A DNA stretch of 64,000 bases. Origin: Dictyostelium discoideum. Lineage: Eukaryota. The notes under the pieces are model-generated. The model made no database searches. It was not told the origin of the DNA and was given only the letters and a program-made list of their open reading frames with translations. Both the position numbers and the translations under genes were made by a program. Shown here piece by piece: positions 1-22,476 of this stretch. The first letter of the stretch is position 1. The number at the start of each line of letters is the position of its first letter. Location of the stretch: contig CM000153.2 in the NCBI GenBank assembly GCA_000004695.1, positions 4,192,001 to 4,256,000 on the forward strand, given 5' to 3'.

Positions 1-1172
1 GATATTCAGATTATTTTATTATCAGTGGTAAATACTTTGCATACAATCAGAGTGTAACTACTGTTTTAATTTCAAATCATTCATGTTCAATTATAACAAG
101 TAATTTCAATGAAATTCAATGTTATCTTTCAAATTCAAATCAAATCATTAATAATGAAGAATTAATTACAAGTATTATTCAAGTTATGAATGTTTCAAGT
201 ACATTTAATTTCAGAGTGAATCAAGCATGTAATGGTAATAATTGTCCAATTGCAGATTGTAATAAATATGGTGAATATAATTATGAAAGTGGTGTTTGTG
301 ATTGTTATTCAAATGAATGGAGAGGCTATTCATGTCAATTAAAATCATTAAATTGTTTAAGTAATGATTGTAGCGGTAATGGTTATTGTAATAATATCAT
401 TGGTAAATGTGAATGTAATACAAATAGAGTATTCGATGATTGTAGTGGTATATTATGTAATAATGGTCATGGTTGTTTTAATGGAGGTAATTGTAATTTT
501 CAAAATGGAGTTTGCAATTGTTCATCCAAATGGATTGAAAGTTCAGGATGTGCAACACCCAAACAATCAATTGATTCACAACAATTAGTGCAAATAAAAA
601 ATGATCGAAATTTGACATTATTTGGTTGGTTTGGCAATATTAATATATTTTTAACAGTATTAATCGATGGTAAAATTTGTGATATCATTTCAAATAATAA
701 TGAAACCATTCAATGTATTCCACCATATTATTCGTGTGATTCCATAAAGACCTCATCATTAAAATTATCAGTTTCTCAAAATAATTACATATGGGATGGA
801 ATTTATAACCCAATATTTATTAATGGTTGTAGTAATAGTAATGAAGGAAGTAGTAATAGTATTAGTTGTAGTAATAGTAATGAAGGCAGTATCAGTAATA
901 GTATTAATTGTAGTAATAGTGGTAGTAATGAAAACAAAAAAGAAAAAGAAAATTCATCCTCATCATCATCAAAAAAATTAATTATAATAAGTTTATCAAT
1001 TTTATTTTCTTTAATTTTATTATGTTTATTAGGTTTTGGTTTCTTTAAAAATAATTATTTAAATTATATAAAAATTAAAATAAACTCGAATGAATATGAT
1101 GATGATGATGATGACCAACCAGATAATTTTTCAAAAAATAATATAAATTTAGTTAACCTCCAAAGCAAATAA
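1..1172 (+). CDS. 3' part of a cysteine-rich EGF-like single-pass membrane protein (partial; upstream exons lie before the window). Tandem paralogue of the gene ending at 5221
   Basis: The frame is open from nt 3 and runs in frame into ORF 186..1172. It encodes repeated CxxxxCxC EGF/tenascin-like cysteine spacing (CNGNNCPIADC..CDCYSNEWRGYSC..CSGNGYCNN..CECN..), then a Ser-rich stalk, a hydrophobic TM segment (LIIISLSILFSLILLCLLGFGFF) and an acidic tail. It is about 95% nt-identical to 4139..5140. Confidence 0.6.
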   Translation, partial: YSDYFIISGKYFAYNQSVTTVLISNHSCSIITSNFNEIQCYLSNSNQIINNEELITSIIQVMNVSSTFNFRVNQACNGNNCPIADCNKYGEYNYESGVCDCYSNEWRGYSCQLKSLNCLSNDCSGNGYCNNIIGKCECNTNRVFDDCSGILCNNGHGCFNGGNCNFQNGVCNCSSKWIESSGCATPKQSIDSQQLVQIKNDRNLTLFGWFGNINIFLTVLIDGKICDIISNNNETIQCIPPYYSCDSIKTSSLKLSVSQNNYIWDGIYNPIFINGCSNSNEGSSNSISCSNSNEGSISNSINCSNSGSNENKKEKENSSSSSSKKLIIISLSILFSLILLCLLGFGFFKNNYLNYIKIKINSNEYDDDDDDQPDNFSKNNINLVNLQSK

Positions 1173-1292
1173 AAAAAAAAAAAAAAAAAAAAAAAAGAAT
1201 AAAAAAGAGGTGTTTCAAAATAAATTTTTTTTTTTTTGTGTTTGAATCTATATCTGCCCTATATCTATGGCCTTAGATAATATCTATACATA

Positions 1293-1332
<40 letters not shown>

Positions 1333-1632
1333 TTGGTGCACAAATTGGGTTGTATTTAAGTTTTATTTAATTGCCAATTCTACAAAAAAAAAAGTTTATA
1401 AATAAATTTCTGGATAGTATTGTGTATCATTGCCCATGTGGGTTTGATATTTAAAAAAAAAAATTAAAAAAAAAAAAAAATGGGTTCTTTTATTTATAAT
1501 AAACTACAAAAAAAAAAAAAAAAAAAAAAAAATTAAAAAAAAACTTTTTGATTTCTTTTTTTAAAAAAAAAAAGCCTTTTAAAAACAAAACAAAAATTTT
1601 TTTTTTTTTTTTTTGAACTCAAAATCTTTGTA

Positions 1633-5221
<3,589 letters not shown>

Positions 5222-5516
5222 TTGACCTTAATAGGTAATATTCCAAACAATAAAAAAAAATCAGGAAAAAGAAAAAGAAAAAAAAAAATAGAAAAATAAT
5301 AAGAAATAAAATGTTTTATTTTGTTAATTTCAGAAATTGAACTTCTTTTTTTTTTTTATTTATTTTTTTTTTCCAACTATTTTTTTTTTTTCAAAATTAA
5401 TTTTGGGAGATCGGAGATAGTGAGTGTTTGATTAATAATTGGGATGAGTGGTTGCAGACTTTTTTTTTTTTTGGTGATTGGTTGAATCTAATAAAAATAT
5501 TGAAAATAAAAAATGA

Positions 5517-5593
<77 letters not shown>

Positions 5594-5882
5594 ATGAAAA
5601 TGAATTTATTTTTTTTTTTATTTTTATTTTTTTTTTAAATTAAACTCACCTCTTAGACACACACTATCACATCTACTTTTATTGTTGTTATTTTTTTTTT
5701 TATCATTATTAATTAATAAAAAATAATAATACAAAATCTATACCATATGTATGTGTATACACACTTGTATTAAAAAAAAAAAAAAATAGAAAGGTAGATT
5801 TGTAACACAACATATAGTTTAGAGGGTTTTTTTTATTTTAATCTTAATTTTTTTTTTTTTTTTTTTTTTCATTATAAAAATA

Positions 5883-5921
<39 letters not shown>

Positions 5922-6018
5922 TAAGTATTATTATTTTTTTTATAATCATTATAGTGTGTGATAAAAAAAAAAAAAAAAAAAAAACGAAAAAATAAAATAA
6001 AAATAAAAAAAAAACAAT

Positions 6019-12183
<6,165 letters not shown>

Positions 12184-12736
12184 TCCAAGAAAAAAAATAA
12201 AAAAAAAATAAAAAAAAAAAAAAAAAAAAAAATCTAATAAAAAAAAAATATTTGTCATTGTTGGTCAAAACATTCAAATTTTAAGTTTATTAAATTTCTT
12301 ATGTTAATTTATTTTTTTTGTTTTTTTTTAAAAAAAAAAAAGATAGTTATATTCATGGCAATTTAAATTTATTTTAGTTATTTTTCTTTTTTCTCTTTTT
12401 TATTTTTTTTTTTTTTTTATTATTTAAAAGTCAAAAGAATAAATGAATTACATCTTGATAATTTTAATTGGTTTTCTTTTAATTTTATTTATTCAATTTG
12501 ATATTAAAAAATAAAAAAATAATTAAATTTTAAAAAAAAAATTTTAAAAAAAAAAATATATTCATTTTTTTTTATATATTATATCATTTTTGAGTGCTCT
12601 ATTTTTAAATTCTAAATTCATATTAAAAATAAATAAAATTAAATCATTGTTAAAAAATTAAGATTTAGATTTTCCATTTTAATTATAATTTCCAAATTTA
12701 TTTAAAATTGAATTTTTAAATCTAAATTTTATTTTA

Positions 12737-12786
<50 letters not shown>

Positions 12787-12867
12787 TTTCAAAAAATTAA
12801 TAACCCAAATTAAGATTTTAATAATAATAATCTAAATAATAAACGAGTAATACAAAAAGAGTTTTTT

Positions 12868-12905
<38 letters not shown>

Positions 12906-13670
12906 AAAGACAATATTAAAAAAAAAAAAAATAGATTAAATCTTGGAACTACATAAAAGATAAAAATAAAAAAAATAAAAAAAATAGAAAAAAATAAAAA
13001 ATAAAAGATTAGATTGGTTTGTAAATTTATGCCGAATTATGTCCATTGTTTTGTTTATTATAAAAAATAAAAAAATAAATAAAATTAAAACAATTAAAAA
13101 ATTATAAAATTAAAATTAAAAATAAAATAAAAAAATTTGTAGATATATAAAAAATACAAATTATTTGTAGAGTGGCAAAAATTAATTAATTTATTTTTTT
13201 TTCCAGTCGTGTGGAAAAAAAAAATTAAAAAAAATTAAAAAAAAATTAAATTAAAAAAAAAAAAAAAAAAGAAAAGGAAAAAATTAAAAAATTTTTTTTT
13301 TATTTTTTTTTTTTTAATTTTTTCGTTTTTTTTTTTTTTTTTATTTTTTTTTTATTATCAAATTTTTAAAAACCATTAATAAAATCCACATCAACAACAA
13401 CAACCATAATTTCTTTTTTCTTTTTTTTTTTTTTTTTGTTGGTCATTATTAGATTAGAAAAAAAAGAAAAAAAAAAAATTTAATTTATAAATTTTTTTTT
13501 TTTTCCTTTTTTTTTTTTTTTTTTTTTTTTTCTCTCTATTTATTCCCAATACACATTCAATTTGTTATGTTTTTAAAATTAATCAATTAAAAAAAAAAAA
13601 AAAGAAAAAAAAAAAGAAAAAAAAAAAGAAGAAAAAAAAAAAAAGAAAAAAAAAAAAAAAAAAGTAAAAA

Positions 13671-13706
13671 ATGATTATGGATGATAATCAAGGCCATAAC
13701 AATAGC

Positions 13707-13777
<71 letters not shown>

Positions 13778-14033
13778 CAACAATAATAATAATAACAATC
13801 AAAATTATAATTTAAATAATTATAAAAATAGCTACAATAATTATAATAATAATAATAATAATACAAATGGATTTAAATATCAACAACAATCAACACAATA
13901 TCACCACCAACAAATTGAAGATTTATCATTTGAAGATTTAATGTTTGGTGAGTCACCATTAGATAAACAAAATGATCCATTATATGTTGACCAGGATTCA
14001 CCACAAAAATATGACCACAGAGTTATAAGTGGT

Positions 14034-14064
<31 letters not shown>

Positions 14065-15977
14065 ATAATAATTATAATAATAATAATAATAATAATAATA
14101 ATTTAATTGGTGGATTATCAAATTCAATGATGTCATCATTAAATATGATGATGATTGGTAGTGGTAGTGGGGCAATGATTGGATCAGTTTATGATTCACC
14201 AAATTTAAAAGGAATTAAAGGTGTTTTAAAGAAAGAGAAAAGACCAAAATCAGATAAATCAGATAGACATGCAGTGTTAATTTCAACCAAAGGTGATAAG
14301 ATTAATTTAGCTATTCTATTGAAACAATTGGAAGAATGTGGAGCAGTTAGAGCACATCATTTCAGAGAGAGACAAACCTTTGGATTCGTACAATTTCTCG
14401 ATAGTGACAGTGCAGACAATGCCATCGATCTATTGAACAATCAAGACATCGATGGTCAAATCATAACGGTAGAGCGTATCAAAAGAATTACACCAGGTAA
14501 GGATCCAAGAATTGCAAGTGTAGGATCACCACAATGCAGCTCCCTTCCAACCACACTACCATCCATGATTGAAAATAAACCAGACTCAACACTCGTTCTA
14601 AAGAATTTACCATTCAATTTGAAACAAGTCCAACTCCAAGAGATCTTGGAGGGCATCAACCCATCGGCACCACAATCTGTAAATTTCCACTATGATAACA
14701 TTGGCGTCTTTAGAGGTATGGCCTTTGTAAAGTATAGATTGGTCGAAGACGCCGTCAAAGTATTCGATGCTCTAAATGGTACCGATGTACATGGTCGTAG
14801 AGTACGTTTGGAGTACAAACGAAAGGTATCCAAATCTTCAGAGATCCCTCAAGAGGTATTGGAGGATGAACAACTTCGTAGGGTTTGGGAGCAACTAAAA
14901 GAGTTTAAAGATGACCCATTGGCAACCGAAATCACTTTCAACTCTTTTACTGGCGTTCAAAGAATGTACATTCATAATATGGCTGAGAAATTAAAGTTAT
15001 CTCATACCTCTGTTGGTGAAGAACCAAATAGGTCAATCGTTGTAACAAATAAAAAATCTTTAATGGGTACTCCAACTCAAGATTCAATTTTATTATCATC
15101 TTCTCCTCATCAAATTGGTGTCACTCTCGGTAGTGGTAGTACTGGTATACCTGCTACAACCCCCTCTTCAACTTTAAATAATAGTCTTGGTATTTCAAAT
15201 CCTTCAAGTTTTAGTAGTAATTCTTTTAATAATAATAATACAAATAATCTTATAAATTTAAGTAATAATAGTTTTAATAACAATAACAATAGTAATACTG
15301 GTAGTTTATCAACTACTCCAACTTCAATAGGTGTTGGTTTAATTTCATCATCTTTAAGTCAAACTCAAAATCAAACTCAAAATCAAACTCAAAATCAACA
15401 AAATCAAATTCAAAATCAAACTCAAAATCAACAAAATCAAAATAGTATTAGTTTTAATAGTACTATAGGTTTTAATATAAACAGAGTAAAATTAAGCGGT
15501 AATAATAACAATAATAATAATAGTAACGGCAATAGTAGTGGTGTAGGCACAACAGTTTTAAATAGTCATATTGGTTTCAATGTTGTAAATCCAATTAATG
15601 GAATTGGCGCAAGTGTAAATAATAATAACAATAATAATAATAATGGTTCAACGACTCAAACCCCAAATAACTCATTAAATAATAGTAATTTCATGTCATT
15701 TAGTAACATTGGTGGTGATTCTAAATTTGGATCATCATGGGAAAAATCATCACCAATTAACCAACAACAACAGCAACCACCACAACAAACAGCAAGTTTT
15801 TTAACTATCAAAGGATTCCGAGATAGATCCTATTCAGCATCAGCTATATCATCAGATATTGATCTTTCATCTCCCAATTGGAGAAATACAAATTCATCAA
15901 CAGCAAATTCATTTGGTTTAATTGGTTCAACTTCCAATAGTAATACTAGTAATATTACTAATGGTTTTAATATTTCA

Positions 15978-16069
<92 letters not shown>

Positions 16070-16439
16070 CAACAATAATAATAGTAATAATATCATTATT
16101 AATAGTAAAAATAATAATTTTAATAGTAATAATATATTATCACCAACCCCTCCTTCATCTTATAACAGTCCAATTACTATTAGTAGTGGTATTAATGGTA
16201 ACAATAGTTTTAATAATAATAATAATAATAACAGTAGTGGTATTTTCATTCCAAATTCATCACCAAATAATATAATAAGTAATAATAGTATTAATTTTAG
16301 TGGAAATAGTAATAGTTTTAATTCTCCAATTTTACGTCAACCAAGAGGCCCAGATGGAACAAAAGGATTTTCTGATAATTATCGCGCTACAAGAAAATTG
16401 GGTCAAAGTCCTGCCTCTTCTTCACCATTAATTAACTGA
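13671..16439 (+). CDS. RNA-binding protein with RRM and R3H domains and long Asn/Ser-rich low-complexity regions (922 aa, single exon)
   Basis: ORF 13671..16439 has its ATG after a long A-run. RRM-like segments are present (LKNLPFNLKQVQLQEIL...GVFRGMAFVKYRLVEDAVKVFDALNGTDVHGRRVRLEY). An R3H-like motif follows (FTGVQRMYIHNMAEKLKLSHTSV, with R and H spaced by 3 residues). There is a 45-residue poly-N tract at 15965..16085. Confidence 0.75.
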
Positions 16440-16826
16440 TTGATTTAATTCAATCAATACATTCCTTTCTCGACTAATAATAATAATAATAATATTATCA
16501 CAATAGTTTAAAATTATTAATCTTTTAATAATGATCATTGTTCGCATAATAAATAATAAAAATACAAATATAAAAACAAAATATCAGATTCACTTTTAAA
16601 GAAATAAAAAAAAAAAAAAAAATAAGAAAAAAAAAAATTATATATATATATTTATACTAAAAACAACATTGGAGAAATTCCGATCAAATCTATCTATTTA
16701 AAAAAAAAAAAAAAATAATAATAATAATATAATAACAACAAAACACATAAATAAAAAACTATACGACCGTTTATGATTGTAATTATTTATAATAATTTTA
16801 TTATTTTATTTTTATTTTAATTGTTT

Positions 16827-17589
16827 TTAAAATTCACCACCACTTTGAGAAATAACTGATGCTTCATCCCATGGACCATTAATTTCGCTAAAATAAGAAA
16901 AAAAAAAAAGTTAGTTAAATGTGGGAAAAGTGTGAATAATAAATTTTTTTGAAAAAACTTACTTTTTATATTTTTGAATGAAAATTAACCAAAGTGGACA
17001 AACAAAAGTGATTGTACCAATGATACCAATATAAATTAAAGCCAATAATTTACTCATACCAAGTAGTAAAAGACTACAAGTTACACATAGTATAACTGTT
17101 AAACCAACATGTAATTCCATTGAATGTCTTTTTAAATGGTGTCTAAATATTGGAAATAAGGCAAACGTTTCAATTGCATAAGAAATTAAAACAAAAACAT
17201 GAATATTTGATGGTAATCTAGATCCTAATAATACTGATGCAAAAATTGCTGCATTTAATGAAACTGGTGCTGAAAATCTAAAACATATTTATTAATAAAT
17301 TAAATTAAATTAAATTAAATAAAACTAAATAAAAAATTAATTTATAATTATATTTACTTTTGAGATTCATTATTTGTGTAACCATAATCATGGAAAAATA
17401 AATGAGCCAATAATAAAATAAATGTTAATGCCCAAATTGTATCATCGCTAAATGAGTTTGTCAATGTTCTCAATACTGGTGATAATCCATAAACTGTACC
17501 AAATAATAATATAATATGTAAAAAACTTGATCTAATTGATAAAACTATTTTATTTTTAAATTATAATATTAGTATACTAATTTTTAATC

Positions 17590-17648
<59 letters not shown>

Positions 17649-17965
17649 GATTACAATTTGCAGAAGGATCAATGATAATGATAGCAATATAACCTAATAC
17701 AAGGAAACCACCAGCCATTGCAACCAAGAATGGTAATGTGAGTGTATGTTTTAATGAATGAAAGAATATGATTGCAAATAGAATTACACTTGTTATTTGT
17801 TGAGATACTGTGAAACTATCTAAAACTACTGTCCAGAAATCATATTTTATAAAATTTGCATTTTGTACTAATCCTATTAAAAATGTTTCATCTGTATAAT
17901 TATCTGAATATGGTTGTTTTTCGTATAGATTCTTTTTCCATTTATTATCTATATTATTATTATTA

Positions 17966-18012
<47 letters not shown>

Positions 18013-18159
18013 TGTATTATTTGCACTATTTATATTGATATTCGTTTGTACAGGTGATGATGATGATGATGAAGAAGATGACGCATTTATATTATTAATA
18101 ATACGATGATTTAAGTGGTGATCATTCATTTTTGTATGATCATTTGTTTTTCTATCCAA
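16827..18159 (-). CDS. pigC: Phosphatidylinositol N-acetylglucosaminyltransferase subunit C (PIG-C/GPI2) homologue; about 4 exons, approx. 18159..17655, 17531..17358, 17277..16963, 16887..16827
   Basis: [19 protein letters not shown] matches the conserved PIG-C N-terminal motif (KVLYERQPFPDNYVD). Internal exons read [35 protein letters not shown] and [44 protein letters not shown], both typical of PIG-C. The last exon ends ..[12 protein letters not shown] like the human C-terminus. Introns have GTAAAT/GTAAGT donors and TTTTAG acceptors. The exon 1 donor is not resolved (GTAATC gives the wrong phase). Confidence 0.75.
17585..17646. repeat. (ATT/AAT)n microsatellite in the first intron of the PIG-C gene
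   Basis: Run of attattatt... directly adjacent to the exon 1 donor region. Confidence 0.8.
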
Positions 18160-18262
18160 TTATTATATATATATCCCTCTTTGAATAATAGCAATGTTGT
18201 GGTGAAAATCGAAAGTTGTATAATTGCGAGAATAAAAAAGTAAAAATAAATTTTTTTTTTTT

Positions 18263-18315
<53 letters not shown>

Positions 18316-18539
18316 TAATGTCAAATATATTTATTATATTACAATTGTAATCTTATTTTTGTAACAGTGGAAATAAAATAAAAAAAATAAATAAAAATAA
18401 AAATAAAAGTGAATGTTTTAACTGATTCTAATTAAAAATAGTTTTTTTTATTTTTTTAATTTAAAAATAAAAATCTAAAATTTTCAACAAAATTTTTTTT
18501 TTTTTGTTTTTTTTTTTGTTGTTATAAATTTATTACAAA

Positions 18540-19039
18540 ATGGTAAGCTTTATAAAATTATATCTTTTTTAAATAAATCAATTACTATGTTTATTAACCT
18601 ATCATTCCTTTTAATAAATAAAAATATAAATATAAATCAAGTTTAAACTTTCATCAAATGATATTAATAATAAATTAGAAAAATTAGGATCAGAGGATAT
18701 TGGTAGCAGCAGTAGTAGTTTTAATAATAATAATAATAATGAAGATGGTGTAAAGAAATATACATCACCAATTAAAGTAATTGGAGTTCAAGGTAATAGT
18801 TGTATTGGATTTTCACCAGATGATAGTAGATTTGCATTTGTTTCTGGAAATGGTTCAATTTATATTGCAAAAGATATGAAGAATGATAGTTTTGAAATTG
18901 AAAATGTATTAACAGGTCATTCACATTCCGTAGATTGTTTATTATTTCATCCAAAAGAACCAATACTTGTTTCTGGTGGCTTTGACGGTATATTTATTTG
19001 GGATTATCTAAAAGGTTTTATTATTAAAAAGTATAAACT

Positions 19040-19070
<31 letters not shown>

Positions 19071-21030
19071 TAATAATATTAACCTAAATCTATTTTTTAT
19101 AATAATAATAATTAATAATTAAAGAGTTTTAACACATAAAGATATAGATTCACATGATTCAAAAGTTGAAGCATTAGCATGGTTATATAATGGAACATCA
19201 TTAGTTACAGGTAGTAAAGATTCTACGATAAAGATATGGGATTTTATGGAACAAGGATATCCATTATTAGAGACTATAACAGCACATAAAGCCCCAGTAA
19301 CATGTTTTTCAGTTAATAATGAAAGTAATATACTTGCAAGTGCTGGACGTGATTCATCGGTTAAAGTTTGGGATATATCAACATTAAGACCAGAATTTAG
19401 AAGTAAGAGATCAGATGATTCATCAATAAAAGTAACGATTCAATCAACATTGGAAGGGCATATGGGTGACGTTGTTTCAATGTATTTCAGTAGGGATGGG
19501 TCAATGTTATTTTCAGGTGCACGTGATAATGAAATTAAAGTTTGGAGTATTAAAGAACAATCGGAAATTAGATCCATTAAACAACATAAAGGTGATGTTA
19601 CATGTTTAAAACTTTTAGGTAAAGATCAATCAATTCTAATGACCTCTTCAATCGATGGTACTGTTAAATCCATTAGATTGGGTAAAATTAAATCACTAAT
19701 TGGTAATGATGTATTACAAATTGAAGAGTTAACTAAAGAAGCACAAATCATTGAATCTCAAGCTATATCTGGAAATATTCATATTAATTCCATTAGTGAT
19801 ATCAATGATCCAAATGCTGGTGAATATTTAGATATTGGTTTAGGTAGTGGTATTGGTATTGGTGGTGATAATGGCGTTGGTAGTGATAAAGATAAAGTTT
19901 TATTCTCTTTTGAACTACACGATGGTATTGGTATTGGTACAATGACATTTAGCAATTCATTAAAACTTGTGGCAACTTCAGCTGATCGTTCAATTAGAAT
20001 TTGGAGATTGCCAACCTCAAATTATTCTGATAAACCAATATTAATTCATGAGTTTGTTGGTCATAGAGGTCCTGTAAATAGTGTTCAAATCCTACCAAAT
20101 TCAAACTCAATCCTATCTGGTAGTACAGATTATAATGTTTTCCTATACAATTTAAATACAATGAAAAGAGAAATGGTTTTTAATTTTGAAGGTTCAGTTT
20201 ATACAATGTGTGTTGGTTCAAAAAATAATCAAACTGTTGTTTTCGTTGGTGGTAATCATTATGATATTAAAGGTTATTTAATTAATCAAAATGATGAAAA
20301 TAGCAATAATAATAATCAATTACCAATTGTACAATTTAATGGACATAGTGGTAAAGTTCAAACAATTGCGATTAATCCAGATTGTACAATGTTAGTAAGT
20401 GGTGGTAATGATTTTGATATATTAGTTTGGCAAATTAAAATGCCATATGTTTATCGTGGTGGTGATGAGTTTAATCAATTACAAAAACCTATTAATAAAC
20501 AATCATTTCATAAAGGTCATATCACTGGTTTATGTTTTAGTGATAATGGTAAATATTTAATTTCATCAAGTACTGATCATTCAATTGTGCTTTGGACTGT
20601 AAATTCAAATGGAAAGAAAATTAATAGAGAAATTACAATTGAAAATGCTCATAATAGCGTTGTATCGGCAATTTCATTTGGCCATGGTCAAATCTCTTCA
20701 CAATTCTTTTATTCTGGTAGTTGGGAAGGTTCAATTAGAGTTTTTGATACAAGTAATCTAAAGAAATGTTCAAAATCAATTCATGAATTTAAAGCTCATA
20801 ATTCTCGTTTATCAAGTTTAACAGTTTCATCTGATGGTTCAATTTTAATCGCTTCATTTTCTGATGGTATCATTAAAACATTTTCATCGGTTCGTCCTTG
20901 GTCCCCAATTGCTATTTACTCTCCAAATGAAAGTACTAGTTGTAATGCTTTATCTTCAAATTTTTCATTTTTTGTTAGTGGTTCTGATAATGGTTTAATT
21001 AGATGTTGGCCAACTGGTAATGAACAAATT

Positions 21031-21036
<6 letters not shown>
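18540..21036 (+). CDS. WD40-repeat protein, join(18540..18542,18642..19030,19125..21036)
   Basis: Exon 1 is the ATG alone, followed by a GTAAGC donor. Exon 2 opens in phase 0 after acceptor ..AATCAAG and ends at donor GTATAA (phase 2). Exon 3 begins after acceptor AATTAAAG. The combined ORF contains many WD motifs (GHSHSVDCLLFHPKEPILVSGGFDGIFIWD, SGSKDSTIKIWD, AGRDSSVKVWD, GARDNEIKVW, SADRSIRIWRL, GSTDYNVFLYN, GGNDFDILVWQ, SSTDHSIVLWT). Confidence 0.7.
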
Positions 21037-21077
<41 letters not shown>

Positions 21078-21167
21078 AAAATTTAAAAATAATAAAATAA
21101 TGAATATATAAAGAAAAAAAAAAAAAGAATTTAATGTAAAATAATTATAAAATTTATTTATTTAAAT

Positions 21168-21213
<46 letters not shown>

Positions 21214-21305
21214 TTTTTTTTAAAAAAAAGTATAGAAAGTAATATTACAAATTTATATAGGATAATTTACCAATTAATAAATAAAAATAAGATAATTTTT
21301 AATTT

Positions 21306-21698
21306 TTATCTATATTGTGGTAAAATTTCACATTCATTAGTGTGTAAATTACATTCTTTTTCACCATCATAGCATGTGTAAACATTTCCAGATAAATATT
21401 TTAATTTTGGATCATGTAAACTTGAAGTAGAATGATTACAGAAAGATGTTGAAGGAATTAAACAAATTGGACAACATAAAAGAACATTTTTTTCTTTTGC
21501 CATTTTACGATCTATATAACGTGCAACTGGACGGTGAGAAGTTAAACATAATAATTTATCTACTTTATCACATCTTACACCTGAACATTCATCATTAATT
21601 TCTTCAACCTCTTCAATTTCACCATTAATTGTTATAATATTATTAAATAGGAATAATACAATTGATAATATAAATAATAATTTATATATAAATTTCAT
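21306..21698 (-). CDS. Small secreted cysteine-rich protein (130 aa, about 12 Cys)
   Basis: The true ATG is at 21698 (MKFIYKLLFILSIVLFLFNNIITING = signal peptide). The listed ORF start at 21737 decodes as TTG inside a poly-A tract. The mature part has paired Cys (CSGVRCDKVDKLLCLTSH..LLCCPICLIPSTSFCNH..YTCYDGEKECNLHTNEC). Confidence 0.5.
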   Translation of the reverse strand: MKFIYKLLFILSIVLFLFNNIITINGEIEEVEEINDECSGVRCDKVDKLLCLTSHRPVARYIDRKMAKEKNVLLCCPICLIPSTSFCNHSTSSLHDPKLKYLSGNVYTCYDGEKECNLHTNECEILPQYR

Positions 21699-22476
21699 TT
21701 TTTTTTCTTTACAGTAAAACCTTTTTTTTTTTTCCAAACAATAATTCCTTTTTTTTTTTTCTATACAAAAATTACTTTTTTTTTTTTTGTTTTTATAAAA
21801 AAAAGTTTATAAATATGACTATAATAAAATTTAAATAATTTTTAAATTTTTATAGTTGAATTACTTTTTTTTAAAAAAAAAAAAATAAAATAATATTAAA
21901 TAAAAATATTTAATAAATATTAATTTAAAATTAAAAGAAATATCTTTTACTAAAAATAAAATGTAAATTTATAATTTGATTATTTTTGTGCTTTTAGATC
22001 TTTTTAAAAAAATTAAAAAAAATACCCAGACTTGTTGGGTTATATGACAAAACATTAATAAAAAATGTGGTTTGTCTTTTAAATTTTATAAAGTTTTATT
22101 TATTTTTTTTTTCTTTTTTTTTTTTTGTTTTGTTTGAACTGGTGAAAATAATAACACATTTACTAAACTTGTCAAAGTTGTAAAGATTTTGATGTATAGT
22201 TTTTAATTTTGCAACAAAAAAAAAATAATAAAAAAATTAAAAAGTGTTTAAAAAAAAAAAAAAAAAAAAAAAATGGGTGAATGTATAATATATGATTAAT
22301 ATATCTTTTTTTTTATTTTATTTATTTTTTTTATTTTTTTTTATTTATTTATTTTTTATTTAAAAAAAACTCTTTTATTTTAAAAGAATGTATGTACAAA
22401 TGTTTAGAATAAGTTTTAATTATTATTTACCAATTAAAAAATTAAAAAAAAAAATCAAATAATTAAAAAAGTATAA

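Noticed and set aside
364-588. Many short ORFs in the supplied track that translate as poly-I, poly-L, poly-Y, poly-F, poly-K or similar. Examples are 364..588, 796..981, 1898..2155, 2752..2943, 4500..4724, 7046..7237, 13587..13866, 15830..16275, 17856..18038, 37371..37661, 53729..54169, 55077..55580, 56649..57129 and 59836..60090
   Set aside because: They are alternative-frame or opposite-strand readings of (AAT)n, (ATT)n, A/T homopolymers, or of the genuine genes listed. No start context, wrong codon usage, and nested inside better models.
21737-21737. Listed ORF starts whose first codon is not ATG (21737 for ORF 21306..21737, 32573 for ORF 31806..32573)
   Set aside because: The track appears to allow TTG starts. 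The first decodes inside a poly-A tract, and the second is an internal Leu of the Cdc16 exon. Real starts were reassigned.
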